DNA of 64,000 nt from an uncultured Actinomycetes bacterium (lineage in GTDB: Bacteria; Actinomycetota; UBA4738; JACQTL01): NCBI GenBank assembly GCA_963772375.1, contig CAVYXG010000001.1, positions 787,809-851,808 of the forward strand, written 5' to 3'. The notes under the pieces were generated by a model. That model did not search any database and was not told the DNA's origin. It saw nothing but the letters and a program-made list of their open reading frames with translations. Positions 19,104 to 28,677 of this stretch are shown piece after piece (the stretch's first letter is position 1; every line of letters starts with the position of its first letter). Position numbers and translations under genes: made by a program.

Positions 19104-20360
19104 GTGGCTGCCGTGAGCGAACACGCCGAGCGCCGCCGCGTCGTCGTCACGGGCATCGGGCCGGTCACACCGGTGGGCATCGGCGTCGACGACTTCTGGA
19201 AGGGGCTGTCCACCGGGCGCAACGGCGTCCGGCGGATCGAGCGGTTCGATCCGTCCGGCCTCCCGGTCCAGCTGGCCGGCGAGGTCCCCGACTTCGAGCC
19301 GACCGACTTCCTCGAGCCGAAGGAGGTCAAGCGGACCGACCGCGTCGTGCACCTGGCGGTGTCGGCCGCGCATCTCGCGTACGAGGACGCCGGCAAACCC
19401 GAGATCACCGGCGAGCGGACGGGGGTGGTCATCTCGACGGGCATCGGCGGTATCGAGACCCTGCTCGACGCCCACAAGGTGCTGCTGGAGCGGGGGCCCG
19501 GCCGGGTGAGCGCCTTCATGGTCCCCGGCCTCATGGCGAACGCCTCCGCCGGACACATCGCCATGCACTTCGGCCTGACCGGGCCGAACATGTGCATCGT
19601 CACGGCGTGCGCGGCGGGCGCGCACGGCATCGGCGAGGCCTACCGCATGGTGCGCGACGGGATGATCGACGTGGCGCTGGCCGGCGGGACCGAGGCGGCG
19701 GTCGTCCCGCTCACGCTCGCCGCGTTCGCCCAGATGCAGGCGCTCACGAGGAACCCCGACCCGGAGACGGCCTCCCGGCCGTTCGACGCCGAGCGCGACG
19801 GGTTCGTCATGTCCGAGGGCGCCACCGTGCTGGTGCTCGAGTCCGAGGAGCATGCCCGCGCCCGGAGCGCGCGGATCTACGGCGAGATCGCCGGGTACGG
19901 CGCGTCGGCGGACGCGTTCCATATCACACAGCCCGAGCCCAGCGGCTCCGGCGCGGCGATCGCGATCCGCCTGGCCCTCCGCGACGCCGGCGCCTCCCCC
20001 GCGGACGTCGGATACATCAACGCGCACGGCACCTCGACGCCGCTCAACGACGCCGCCGAGACCGCCGCCATCAAGGCCGCGCTCGGCGAGGATGTTGCGC
20101 GCAGCATCCCGGTGTCGTCGACCAAGTCCATGACCGGCCACCTGACCGGCGCGGCCGGTGCGCTCGAGGCCGGGGCCACGGCGCTCGCCGTCCACAACGG
20201 CCTGCTCCCCCCGACCATCCACTACCATACGCCGGATCCCGACTGCGACCTCGATCCGATCCCGAACGAGGCCCGCGCCGCCGACGTGACGCTCGCGCTC
20301 TCGAACTCCTTCGGGTTCGGCGGGCAGAACGCCGTCCTCGCGATCCGACGCGCGTCGTAA
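19104..20360 (+). CDS. fabF: 3-oxoacyl-ACP synthase II (KAS II)
   Basis: 418 aa with the active-site triad TACAAG...HGTSTP...GHL and the C-terminal motif NSFGFGG. Confidence 0.9.
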   Translation: MAAVSEHAERRRVVVTGIGPVTPVGIGVDDFWKGLSTGRNGVRRIERFDPSGLPVQLAGEVPDFEPTDFLEPKEVKRTDRVVHLAVSAAHLAYEDAGKPEITGERTGVVISTGIGGIETLLDAHKVLLERGPGRVSAFMVPGLMANASAGHIAMHFGLTGPNMCIVTACAAGAHGIGEAYRMVRDGMIDVALAGGTEAAVVPLTLAAFAQMQALTRNPDPETASRPFDAERDGFVMSEGATVLVLESEEHARARSARIYGEIAGYGASADAFHITQPEPSGSGAAIAIRLALRDAGASPADVGYINAHGTSTPLNDAAETAAIKAALGEDVARSIPVSSTKSMTGHLTGAAGALEAGATALAVHNGLLPPTIHYHTPDPDCDLDPIPNEARAADVTLALSNSFGFGGQNAVLAIRRAS

Positions 20361-20576
20361 CGCCCGCCCCAACTCCCCCTGGGGCGCCTCCCGCCCCCGC
20401 CATTCGGTCGGGGACCGAACGTCGGGGTCGACCTCATCGGTCCTGATGTCCGGACCTTTCGGGTGACGTCAACATCGGCCGAAGGACCAGAAAGCGCCGT
20501 TCGGGGCCCCGTTTCGTCAGGCAACTCCTCCGTCCAGCCGATACCTCATTCGGAGACGTGAAGGGAGTCGAGAACG

Positions 20577-22097
20577 ATGCGGCATCACCCGGGAGCCCGA
20601 CCCGGTCCCCCCGCTGAACGACCGAACCGGCCGGTCCGCCGGACCGCCGCCGCCGCGGCCGGGCTGGTGCTCGCCCTGCAGCTCGCCGGCGCGGTCACGG
20701 CATCCCCGGCGCAGGCCTTCACCGGCAGGAACAGCGTCATCGCCTACGTCGGCCCCGGGACCTCGTCCAAGGACGCCACGGACCTGTGGGTATCCAACCC
20801 CGACGGGAGCAACGCCCGGGACATGACCCCGCGCGACGGCCGGTGGGAAGCCTCCCCGATGTGGTTCGTCGAGCCGGGCCGGATCCTGTTCGTGAGCGGG
20901 AAGAAGGGCGGCCCCGGTGATCTGTACGACATGTACCAGTCGGGGAAGGGCCTCGAGAACCTGACGAACACACCCGACGCGAACGAGGGCTCGCCCTCCT
21001 ACTCGCCCGGGGGTGGACGGATCACGTACTCGCGGTCGCTCTGGCGGAGCGGGCTGTTCGGGCCCGCCGACATCTGGCTGATGACGTGGACGGGCGACGA
21101 TCCGCAGAACCTCACCCAGAACGCGAACGGCAACCTATCCAACACCGACCCCGTGTGGTCGCCGGACAGCTCGCTCCTGGCGTACGTGCGGTGGACCGGA
21201 GGCGTGCCCGGGATCCGGCTGATGTCCTCGGGCGGGCTGAAGATCAAGAACGCCGTGGACCTCGCGGTGACGCCCGGGCAGGACCCCGCATTCGACTCGC
21301 ACCGGGTGGGCGGCAACTTCCAGCTCGTGTACTCGTACCAGGGCGACCTCTGGAAGGTCGTCATCCCGGACCCGGTGCACCCCACGACCGGCAGGCTCGA
21401 CGTGCACCCGGTGCAGCTGACGAACCCGGGCAAGGGCTTGCAGGACACCCACCCGATGTGGTCACCGGACGGCACGCGGATCGTGTTCCAGCGGGGAACG
21501 CACACCATGATCATGGTGGCCGCGCCCGGCAGCGGCGCCCGTCAGCTCACCTCGCACACCTCGACCGAGCCCGACTGGCAGCCCGGCTGCACCCGCGAGG
21601 GCGGGGACGGCAGCGACGTCCTGAGGGGAACGCCCGGTGACGACCTCCTCTGCGACTACAACGGGAACGACACGATCATCGGCCTCGGCGGCGACGACGT
21701 GATCTTCCCCGGCGCGGGCGCCGACATCGTGTACGCGGGGCCGGGCGACGACTACGTGCTCGGCGGCGTGGGGGACTACGGCGACGTCATCCACGGCGGG
21801 TCGGGCAACGACCTGCTGGACGGGCTGCTGGGCAACGACTGGCTGTACGGTGACGATGGGAACGACCGGCTGCAGGCGGGCGACGGCAACGACCACCTGT
21901 TCGGCGGGGCCGGGACCGACTCCATGATCGGCGGCCCGGGTTCGGACCTCCTCGACGGCGGCTCCGGTCGGGACCTGCTGAACAACCTCGACGCCAGGGG
22001 CGACGACACGAGTGACGGCGGCGCCGGGCAGGACACCTGCTGGACCGACGACGGGGACCTCCGGCTCGGCTGCGAGATGCCGGGCTGGGCCAACTAG
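20577..22097 (+). CDS. secreted TolB-like beta-propeller protein with C-terminal RTX (hemolysin-type) calcium-binding repeats
   Basis: N-terminal signal peptide with a possible Tat motif (VRRTAAAAAG). PD40-like repeats WSPDSSLLAYV and WSPDGTRIVF. C-terminal GGxGxD nonapeptide repeats GTPGDDLLCDYNGNDTIIGLGGDDVIFPGAGADIVYAGPGDDYVLGG. Confidence 0.8.
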   Translation: MRHHPGARPGPPAERPNRPVRRTAAAAAGLVLALQLAGAVTASPAQAFTGRNSVIAYVGPGTSSKDATDLWVSNPDGSNARDMTPRDGRWEASPMWFVEPGRILFVSGKKGGPGDLYDMYQSGKGLENLTNTPDANEGSPSYSPGGGRITYSRSLWRSGLFGPADIWLMTWTGDDPQNLTQNANGNLSNTDPVWSPDSSLLAYVRWTGGVPGIRLMSSGGLKIKNAVDLAVTPGQDPAFDSHRVGGNFQLVYSYQGDLWKVVIPDPVHPTTGRLDVHPVQLTNPGKGLQDTHPMWSPDGTRIVFQRGTHTMIMVAAPGSGARQLTSHTSTEPDWQPGCTREGGDGSDVLRGTPGDDLLCDYNGNDTIIGLGGDDVIFPGAGADIVYAGPGDDYVLGGVGDYGDVIHGGSGNDLLDGLLGNDWLYGDDGNDRLQAGDGNDHLFGGAGTDSMIGGPGSDLLDGGSGRDLLNNLDARGDDTSDGGAGQDTCWTDDGDLRLGCEMPGWAN

Positions 22098-22144
22098 CCC
22101 CGGCGCACCCCCCGCGAGGCCGCGCCCCAGGACCGACGACCCCG

Positions 22145-23839
22145 CTATCCCGTTTCGGGCGGCGGGATCGGAAGACACGGCAGGTGGTCGATCAGCGTGG
22201 ACGGGTAGGCGATCCGGAACGCGGGGTCGTTCGCCGTCCCGGGCGGGATCACGCTGTCGGTGGTGGCCACCTGCTGCTTCGTCAGCGTCATGATGTAGTT
22301 CGAGATCTCGGTGAGGTTCGCCCCGGCCTTCCGCACGTTGTCCATGTTCATGAAGAGCCAGGTCGGCTGGAACGACTGGATCAGGGGGCCCGACCCCGGC
22401 GTGCCGAACTTCTCCTGGATCAGCGGCTGGACGCGCGTCTTGGCGATGCGGATGGCGCCGGTGGTCCTCGGGTCCGGCGTGTGGCCGTGGTCGGCCGTGA
22501 GGACCATGACCCAGTTCCCCCGCCCGACGTCGGTGTTCAGGATCTTGACGAGCTGCGGCAGCTGGTCGTCCTGAACCTTCACCGTGTCGTGCATCTCCGG
22601 GCTGTCGAGGTTCCAGATGTGCCCGACCTCGTCGATCAGCTTGTAGTTCAAGTAGAAGAGGTCGGGGACGTCGTCGGCTCCGAATCCCTCGCGCTTGATG
22701 ACGGTGCGGACGACGTTTGTCTGGAACGGCAGCCGGGCCGGCGTGTCGAACCCCCCTCGGACCTTCGGGATGTCCTTGCCCCGCCACAGGCCGTCCATCT
22801 TCCCGTCGGCCGCGTCCGCGACCGGGAAGTACGTCGACAGGGCCGGGAGGTCGTTCACGTAGGAGGGGAACGAGTAGAACGGCCCGTTGACGCCGCCGAG
22901 GCCCCACTGGACGCTGCTCCGCCCGCCGTGCAGCACGGCGATGTCCTTGTCACCGCCCTGGAGCTCCGACCCGTGGCTCATCATCCCCAGGTGGAACGAG
23001 GCCGTCGCGGCGAGCCCGACCAGCGGCTTGTTCCCCATGGCCTTGTCGTATTCGTCCGCCAGCGTGGGGAGGAGGAGGTCCTTGGGTCCGTCGCCCCAGG
23101 GGGCCCGGACGTGTCCGTCCATCAGCATGTGGTTGCCGATGATGCCGTGCAGCCGGGGGTAGGCCCCCGTGCCGATGGTGGCGTGGATCTGGGCGGTGCT
23201 TGTGGGGTTCGAGCCCACCGTCGCATGGCTGAAGTACGTCCCCTCCTTCTCCAGCCGGTCCAGGTTGGGATGCTGCTTCGGCCACCGGTTGAGCACCACC
23301 AGGCCGCCCGCGTCGTACACCACGGTGAGGATCAGCCGGGGCGGCGTCTTCCGCTGCGCGGCCGGCACGAGCGCCTCGGTCATCGGCCTGCCGTCCGGCG
23401 CGTCGAACTTGAAGTGGAGCAGGTCGGCGACCGTCGGGGCGATGTCGGCCGAGGTCACCGGCCTCGTCACCGTCCCCTGTGACTTGATGTAGCCGGGTCC
23501 GTACCACAGCATCGGAACGTCCTCGAGGTACGGCCACGGGCCCGCGTGCGGATAGATGTCGTTGCCGGCGACGAAGTTCGGCAGGGTCGGAAGGATCTGG
23601 ATATGCCCGCTCCGGTCTTGGCGCCACCCCCGCCACGTCTCCACCAGCCACTGGTGGGGCAGCTTGCAGACCTTCGCCGCGAGGGCCGACACGGCGGCGG
23701 GATCGGAACCCCCGGTCGTGGCCCGTGCCGGGGAACCGTCGGTGGAACGCGGCCCACCCCCGGCGGAGGTGCACGCGGCTCCGAGCAGCAGGACGACGAC
23801 GATCGCCGCCGGCAGCGGGCGTAGGCGCATGGCGGACAC
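22145..23839 (-). CDS. alkaline phosphatase-superfamily lipoprotein (phosphodiesterase/pyrophosphatase-like)
   Basis: Lipobox LLLGAAC and the metal-site-like motif VLTADHGHTPD. The start may be 23830 (MRLRP). Confidence 0.65.
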   Translation of the reverse strand: MSAMRLRPLPAAIVVVLLLGAACTSAGGGPRSTDGSPARATTGGSDPAAVSALAAKVCKLPHQWLVETWRGWRQDRSGHIQILPTLPNFVAGNDIYPHAGPWPYLEDVPMLWYGPGYIKSQGTVTRPVTSADIAPTVADLLHFKFDAPDGRPMTEALVPAAQRKTPPRLILTVVYDAGGLVVLNRWPKQHPNLDRLEKEGTYFSHATVGSNPTSTAQIHATIGTGAYPRLHGIIGNHMLMDGHVRAPWGDGPKDLLLPTLADEYDKAMGNKPLVGLAATASFHLGMMSHGSELQGGDKDIAVLHGGRSSVQWGLGGVNGPFYSFPSYVNDLPALSTYFPVADAADGKMDGLWRGKDIPKVRGGFDTPARLPFQTNVVRTVIKREGFGADDVPDLFYLNYKLIDEVGHIWNLDSPEMHDTVKVQDDQLPQLVKILNTDVGRGNWVMVLTADHGHTPDPRTTGAIRIAKTRVQPLIQEKFGTPGSGPLIQSFQPTWLFMNMDNVRKAGANLTEISNYIMTLTKQQVATTDSVIPPGTANDPAFRIAYPSTLIDHLPCLPIPPPETG

Positions 23840-23963
23840 TCAACAGCACGAAACCCGGAAGGGCAACCTACGCACCCTGATCAGTCGGGGGGCGTCTTTG
23901 TCGGCCCTGGGGACTTCTGGAAGGATGGCGGGCTCTTCCGCGGAGCCAGGAGGCCAGGTTCGA

Positions 23964-25316
23964 ATGCCCGAGGAGAATCCGTTCCAGTACGTCCGGCTGC
24001 TCGGGAGCTGGATGGAGTCCAGGGGTGGCTGGTGGCACAGCTTCGAGCTGCCCGACGGGACGATCGTCGAGGGCGCCAACGACCTCACCGGGCTGCGGAG
24101 CCGCCTGGCCCGGTTCCCCATCCCCCAGGACCTCACCGGCAAGCGCGTGCTCGACATCGGGGCCTGGGACGGCTGGTTCAGCTTCGAGATGGAGAAGCGC
24201 GGCGCCGAGGTCCTGGCCATCGACAACTGGGACAACCCGCGATTCCACCAGATGCGCCAGATGATGGGCTCCTCGGTCGAGTACCGGATCATGGACGTCT
24301 ACGACCTCACGCCGGAGCGGATCGGACGGTTCGACCTGGTGCTGTTCCTCGGCGTCCTGTACCACCTCAAGCACCCCATCCTGGCCCTCGAACGGGTCGC
24401 GGCGCTGTCCACGGACATGGCGGCGGTCGAGTCGTTCGTGCTCCGGGAGGAGCACCGGCCCGGCGAGCGGGTCCTGGAGCGGCCGATCATGGAGTTCTAC
24501 GAGGTCGACGAGCTGGGCGGCCAGACCGACAACTGGGTCGGGCCGAGCGTGCCCACGTTGATGGCGTTCTGCCGCACGGCCGGCTTCGCACGGGTGAACC
24601 TCGAGGCCATCACTGAGTTCAGCGCGTGCGTGATCTGCTACCGCCGGTGGGACGACCGGGTCGACCCCGACGGCGCGGCGCCCCGGCTGGTGGCCGCGCA
24701 CCGCAACCCAGGCCAGGGCATCAACTTCTCCACCGAGCGCGACGACTACGTCAGCGTGTTCTTCGAGTGGGACCCGCCGCGGCGTCGGGACCGCGGCGAG
24801 CTGGGCCTCGACGACGTTCAGCCCGAGGTGGGCGGGTACGGCACGCGCCCGCTGTACGTCGGTCGCCCGGAGGCCGGGGGGATCCAGGCGAACTTCAAGC
24901 TGCCACCCGGGCTCGAGCCCGGCTGGCAGCCCGCGCGCGTCCGCGTGAAGAACGGCCCGGCCAGCAACGCCGTCGAGGTCGCCGTCGACGTGCCTCCCGC
25001 GACCGACCGGCTGACCATCCAGGGCGTTGCCGGCGACCCCGGCGGGACCGCGAACCACGTGGCCGCGGGCACCGGCCGGTCGCTCGCCATCACGGTCGAG
25101 GGGCTCCCGGAGAACGCCGACCTGGTGAACGTGTTCGTGGTGCTCGGCCCCGGACGGCTCACCGTGCGCTCGGTGGAGCCCACCGGGCGGGGCGCGCCCG
25201 GCCCGCGCACGGTCGTGGCCGAGGTGCCGGACGGCCTCGAGGCCGGGCCGTACGACGTGCGGGTCGCGGTGGGCTCGATGCAGAGCGAGCCCGTCTCGGT
25301 CGCGGTCGCCGCCTGA
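23964..25316 (+). CDS. class I SAM-dependent methyltransferase (DUF1698/TIGR04290-like) with ~250-aa C-terminal extension
   Basis: HSFELPDGTIVEG...GKRVLDIGAWDGWFSFEMEKRGAEVLAIDNWD (SAM-binding motif I). Start chosen at MPEENPF, which has an AGGAGG-like RBS and avoids overlap with the divergent gene. The ORF is open from 23556. Confidence 0.65.
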   Translation: MPEENPFQYVRLLGSWMESRGGWWHSFELPDGTIVEGANDLTGLRSRLARFPIPQDLTGKRVLDIGAWDGWFSFEMEKRGAEVLAIDNWDNPRFHQMRQMMGSSVEYRIMDVYDLTPERIGRFDLVLFLGVLYHLKHPILALERVAALSTDMAAVESFVLREEHRPGERVLERPIMEFYEVDELGGQTDNWVGPSVPTLMAFCRTAGFARVNLEAITEFSACVICYRRWDDRVDPDGAAPRLVAAHRNPGQGINFSTERDDYVSVFFEWDPPRRRDRGELGLDDVQPEVGGYGTRPLYVGRPEAGGIQANFKLPPGLEPGWQPARVRVKNGPASNAVEVAVDVPPATDRLTIQGVAGDPGGTANHVAAGTGRSLAITVEGLPENADLVNVFVVLGPGRLTVRSVEPTGRGAPGPRTVVAEVPDGLEAGPYDVRVAVGSMQSEPVSVAVAA

Positions 25317-25346
25317 CGGCGTTCCGTCCGGCGTTCGTTCCGGTCC

Positions 25347-26888
25347 CTACTGCTGCTCGCAGTTCGAATCGTGCTCCCCGGCGACGCAGATGTCGTCGCC
25401 CGTGCCGCCGTCGAGCGTGTCGATCTGGGGGTCGCCGTTGAGCAGGTCGTTCCCCGGGCCGCCCTCGAGGGTGTCGTTCGTATGGCCCCCGTACAGGCGG
25501 TCGTTCCCCGGGCCGCCGAGAATCACGTCGTCGCCGTCCCCTCCGTAGTCGGTGTCGTTCCCCGGCCCGAGGTCGAAGTGGTCGGGGGCGCCCCCGCTGT
25601 ACGCCGTGTCGTTCCCGGAGCCGCCGATCACCACGTGGGGCGTGGCGCTCTCGGCGATGAGGACGTCGTCGCCGCCGCCGCCGCTCAGGCGGTCCGGGCT
25701 GTGGTCGATGCCGCCGATCAGCACGTCGCCGTCGTCGCCCCCGAGGAGCGCGTCGGTTCCGTTGTCCCCCGACAGGTAGTCGAGGCCCGGGCCACCGTCC
25801 ATCCGGTCGTTGCCGTCGCCGCCGGTGAGGTCGTCCATCCCGGAGCTGCCGCAGATGAGGTCGTCACCGCCGCCACCGGAGATGACGTCGTCGCCCCCGA
25901 GGCCGACGATCACGTCGTCGCCCGGCGTTCCCGTGAGGACGTCGTTGCCGTTCGTCCCCACGATGGTCGGGGTCCGGCCGAAGCACATCGCTCCGGCCGA
26001 GCCGGCGCCACCGTTCGGGGAGGGCGGTGGGGGGGTCACCGGGGGCGCGCACCCCGGAGCGTTCGCCGGGTTCAGGCACTGGTTCTGCCCGGTGCCGGCG
26101 TCCATCCGGTTGACGCCGTCGTTGCCGTCCATCGCGTCGTTGCCGGGCCCGCCGCGCATGACGTCGTCGTCGCCGCCGCCGTACAGGCGGTCGTCGCCGC
26201 CGTTCCCGAACATGCGGTCCCTGCCGGGTTCGCCGATCAGGACGTCGGGGCCGTCTCCCCCGATCAGCAGGTCGTTGCCCTCCCAGGCGTGCAGGATGTC
26301 GGCGCCGGGACCGCCGTCGAGGACGTCGTCGCCGGGCCCGCCGGAGAGCGCGTCGTCGCCGGGCCCGCCGATCAGGTGGTCCTTGCCCTTGTCGAGCCCG
26401 CCCCCGGTCATCATGTCGTCGCCGGTGCCGCCGTTCTGGTAGTCGTTGCCCTTGACGCCGTAGACACCGTCGTCGCCCGGGCCGCCCCACAGCCGGTCGT
26501 TCCCGTCGAACCCCAGGACGTCGTCGTCGCCGCCCCCGCCGAGGATCACGTCGTCGCCGGTCCACCCGGACAGCACGTCGTTGCCGGGCCCGCCGCAGAG
26601 GGTGTCGTCGCCGCCCCCGCCCTCGATGTCGTCGTTGCCGCCGAGACCGACGATGACGTCGTCGCCCGTGGTGCCGACCAGGTGGTCGCCCTGTGGGGTT
26701 CCGACGATGGTCGCGACCTTGCCGCGGCAGGTGAGCTCGCCGGGCGTCGACGGGCCAACGGTTCCGCGGGAGCCGGACGACGGCGACGCGGACGCCGACG
26801 ACGACGCCGGCGGGGGCTGGGCGTTGGCCGTGCAGCCGGCGATCAGCAGGCCGACGGCGAGGATCGGGAGGAAGGTTCGCGAGCGCAT
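25347..26888 (-). CDS. RTX-repeat (hemolysin-type Ca-binding) lipoprotein with an internally duplicated module
   Basis: Lipobox LLIAGCT. Dozens of GGxGxDxL repeats. Two copies of the module CxGxxxTIVGTxGxDxLxGTxGDDVIVGLGGxDDI, at residues ~82-110 and ~330-360. Confidence 0.8.
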   Translation of the reverse strand: MRSRTFLPILAVGLLIAGCTANAQPPPASSSASASPSSGSRGTVGPSTPGELTCRGKVATIVGTPQGDHLVGTTGDDVIVGLGGNDDIEGGGGDDTLCGGPGNDVLSGWTGDDVILGGGGDDDVLGFDGNDRLWGGPGDDGVYGVKGNDYQNGGTGDDMMTGGGLDKGKDHLIGGPGDDALSGGPGDDVLDGGPGADILHAWEGNDLLIGGDGPDVLIGEPGRDRMFGNGGDDRLYGGGDDDVMRGGPGNDAMDGNDGVNRMDAGTGQNQCLNPANAPGCAPPVTPPPPSPNGGAGSAGAMCFGRTPTIVGTNGNDVLTGTPGDDVIVGLGGDDVISGGGGDDLICGSSGMDDLTGGDGNDRMDGGPGLDYLSGDNGTDALLGGDDGDVLIGGIDHSPDRLSGGGGDDVLIAESATPHVVIGGSGNDTAYSGGAPDHFDLGPGNDTDYGGDGDDVILGGPGNDRLYGGHTNDTLEGGPGNDLLNGDPQIDTLDGGTGDDICVAGEHDSNCEQQ

Positions 26889-26965
26889 CGGGGACCGGCC
26901 CACCCTATGCCGGATCCCCGGACTTGGGGCGGAGGCCGCGGGACCGGATCCGGGGGGTCGCGGAC

Positions 26966-27373
26966 TCACGAGCCGAAGAACAGCCGGAGCTCGCGTTCGG
27001 CCGACTCGGGGGAGTCGCTGCCGTGCACGGCGTTCTCCCCGATCAGCGTGGCGAAGTCACCCCGGATCGTTCCCGGCGAGGCCTCGATGGGATTGGTCGA
27101 GCCCATGAGCCCCCGGAGCGCGGCCACGGCCTGCTCCCCGGTGACCTTGGCCACGACGACCGGCCCGCTCGTGATGAACTCGACGAGCTCGCCGAAGAAC
27201 GGCTTGTCGCGGTGCTCGCCGTAGTGCTCCTCCGCGGTGGCGCGTTCGATACGGATCAGCCGCAGCTCGTCGATGCGGAGGCCCTTGGCCTCGATGCGGC
27301 GCAGGACCTCGCCGATCAGGCCGCGGCGGACGGCGTCGGGCTTGACGATGAGCAGGGTGGACTGTTCGGCCAT
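26966..27373 (-). CDS. ndk: nucleoside diphosphate kinase
   Basis: 135 aa, [15 protein letters not shown]...NAVHGSDS (active-site His). Confidence 0.95.
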   Translation of the reverse strand: MAEQSTLLIVKPDAVRRGLIGEVLRRIEAKGLRIDELRLIRIERATAEEHYGEHRDKPFFGELVEFITSGPVVVAKVTGEQAVAALRGLMGSTNPIEASPGTIRGDFATLIGENAVHGSDSPESAERELRLFFGS

Positions 27374-27385
27374 GTTCGGGGTCCT

Positions 27386-28672
27386 TCAGGGTCGTTCGAC
27401 GATGGCGGTGCGGGCGTCCGCGACAGTGTACAGAGAGCCCGTCACCAGGATGAGGTCGCCCTCCTGGGCCTGGTCCTGGGCGGCCGCGAGCGCCTCGTGC
27501 ACGCCGGGATACGCGGTGGTCGGGACGCCGGCGGCGACGAGGGCTGACTCGATCACGTCGGCAGGGGCGCTCCGAGCGCTGGTGTTGCGCGCCGCGTAGC
27601 CGGCGTCGGCCAGCGGGGCCAGCCGGGCCGCGATGCCCTCCACGTCCTTGTTCGACGAACACGCCAGCACCAGGTGGACGCGTTCCGGCGTGAAGGCCTC
27701 CCGGATCGCCCTGGCGAGCGCCTCGGCCCCGGCGGGGTTGTGGGCGCCGTCGACGACGATGAGCGGGCGCCGGGCGAGCACCTCGAGCCGCCCGGGCGCC
27801 GTGAACGCCCCGAGCGTCTCCTCCACCGCCTCGTCGGCCAGCTTCCGGTCGACGAACGCCTCGAACGCCACCAGCGCCGCGGCCGCGTTTCGGGCGACGT
27901 GCTCGCCGAACAGCGGCAGGCGCAGCCCCTCGTAGCTGCCGAACAGACCACGGACGGTGACCGACTGGGCGCCGATCCCCTGGATGCGCCCGGCGAGCTC
28001 CCAGTCGCGCCCCTCGAGCAGCACCTGGGCCTGCATCTCCCGCGCCCGCGCCTCGATCACCGTGAGCGCCTCCGCGGACTGCTCCCGCACGACCGCGGTC
28101 TTCCCCGCCTTGATGATCCCGGCCTTCTCGGTGGCCACGTCCCGAACGGTGGAACCGAGCTCCGGATGGTCGAGCGAGATCGGGGTGACGACCGCCACGT
28201 CGCCCGCCACCAGGTTGGTCGCGTCCCAGGTCCCCCCCATCCCCACCTCGAACACGCCCACGCTCACCGGCTTGTCCGCGAACCACACGAACGCCAGCGC
28301 CGTGAGCGTCTCGAAGTACGTGACTGGCTGGTCGCCCGTGCGGTCGACCTCGAGCAGGAACGGCAGCAGCCGTTCGTACTCCTCGGCGAACTCCTCCGGC
28401 GAGATCGGCTCGTCGCAGAGCGCGAGCCGTTCGGTCACGTCGTGCAGATGGGGAGACGTGTAGACGCCGGCGGACAGGCCGTGAGCGCAGGCCAGGGCGC
28501 CGATCAGCCGCGTGGTCGTCGTCTTGCCGTTGGTCCCGGTGACGTGGATGGTCGGGTACGCCAGCTCGGGATGATCAAGCAGATTGACCAACGCGGTGAT
28601 GCGGTCGAGGTCGGGCACCATGCGCTGGGGCTGGCGGCCGTCGAGGTCCGCGATGGCGTCGCGAGCGTTCAT
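27386..28672 (-). CDS. folC: bifunctional folylpolyglutamate synthase/dihydrofolate synthase
   Basis: 428 aa with P-loop HVTGTNGKTTT and the Mur ligase family fold. ATG at 28670-28672 by residue count. Confidence 0.85.
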   Translation of the reverse strand: MNARDAIADLDGRQPQRMVPDLDRITALVNLLDHPELAYPTIHVTGTNGKTTTTRLIGALACAHGLSAGVYTSPHLHDVTERLALCDEPISPEEFAEEYERLLPFLLEVDRTGDQPVTYFETLTALAFVWFADKPVSVGVFEVGMGGTWDATNLVAGDVAVVTPISLDHPELGSTVRDVATEKAGIIKAGKTAVVREQSAEALTVIEARAREMQAQVLLEGRDWELAGRIQGIGAQSVTVRGLFGSYEGLRLPLFGEHVARNAAAALVAFEAFVDRKLADEAVEETLGAFTAPGRLEVLARRPLIVVDGAHNPAGAEALARAIREAFTPERVHLVLACSSNKDVEGIAARLAPLADAGYAARNTSARSAPADVIESALVAAGVPTTAYPGVHEALAAAQDQAQEGDLILVTGSLYTVADARTAIVERP

Positions 28673-28677
28673 CGAGC

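Noticed and set aside
23556-23963. Upstream part of the methyltransferase ORF (starts MSLPAT / MADTQQ) overlapping the divergent lipoprotein gene
   Set aside because: Would create divergently overlapping start codons at 23829/23839. The downstream ATG at 23964 has an AGGAGG-like RBS and begins exactly where family similarity starts.
26889-26965. CCGGATCC-containing imperfect palindromes between ndk and the RTX lipoprotein
   Set aside because: The arms do not pair as a clean hairpin (CCGGATCCCCGG versus CCGGATCCGGGG). This is probably just a GC-rich spacer. There is no U-tract for an intrinsic terminator.
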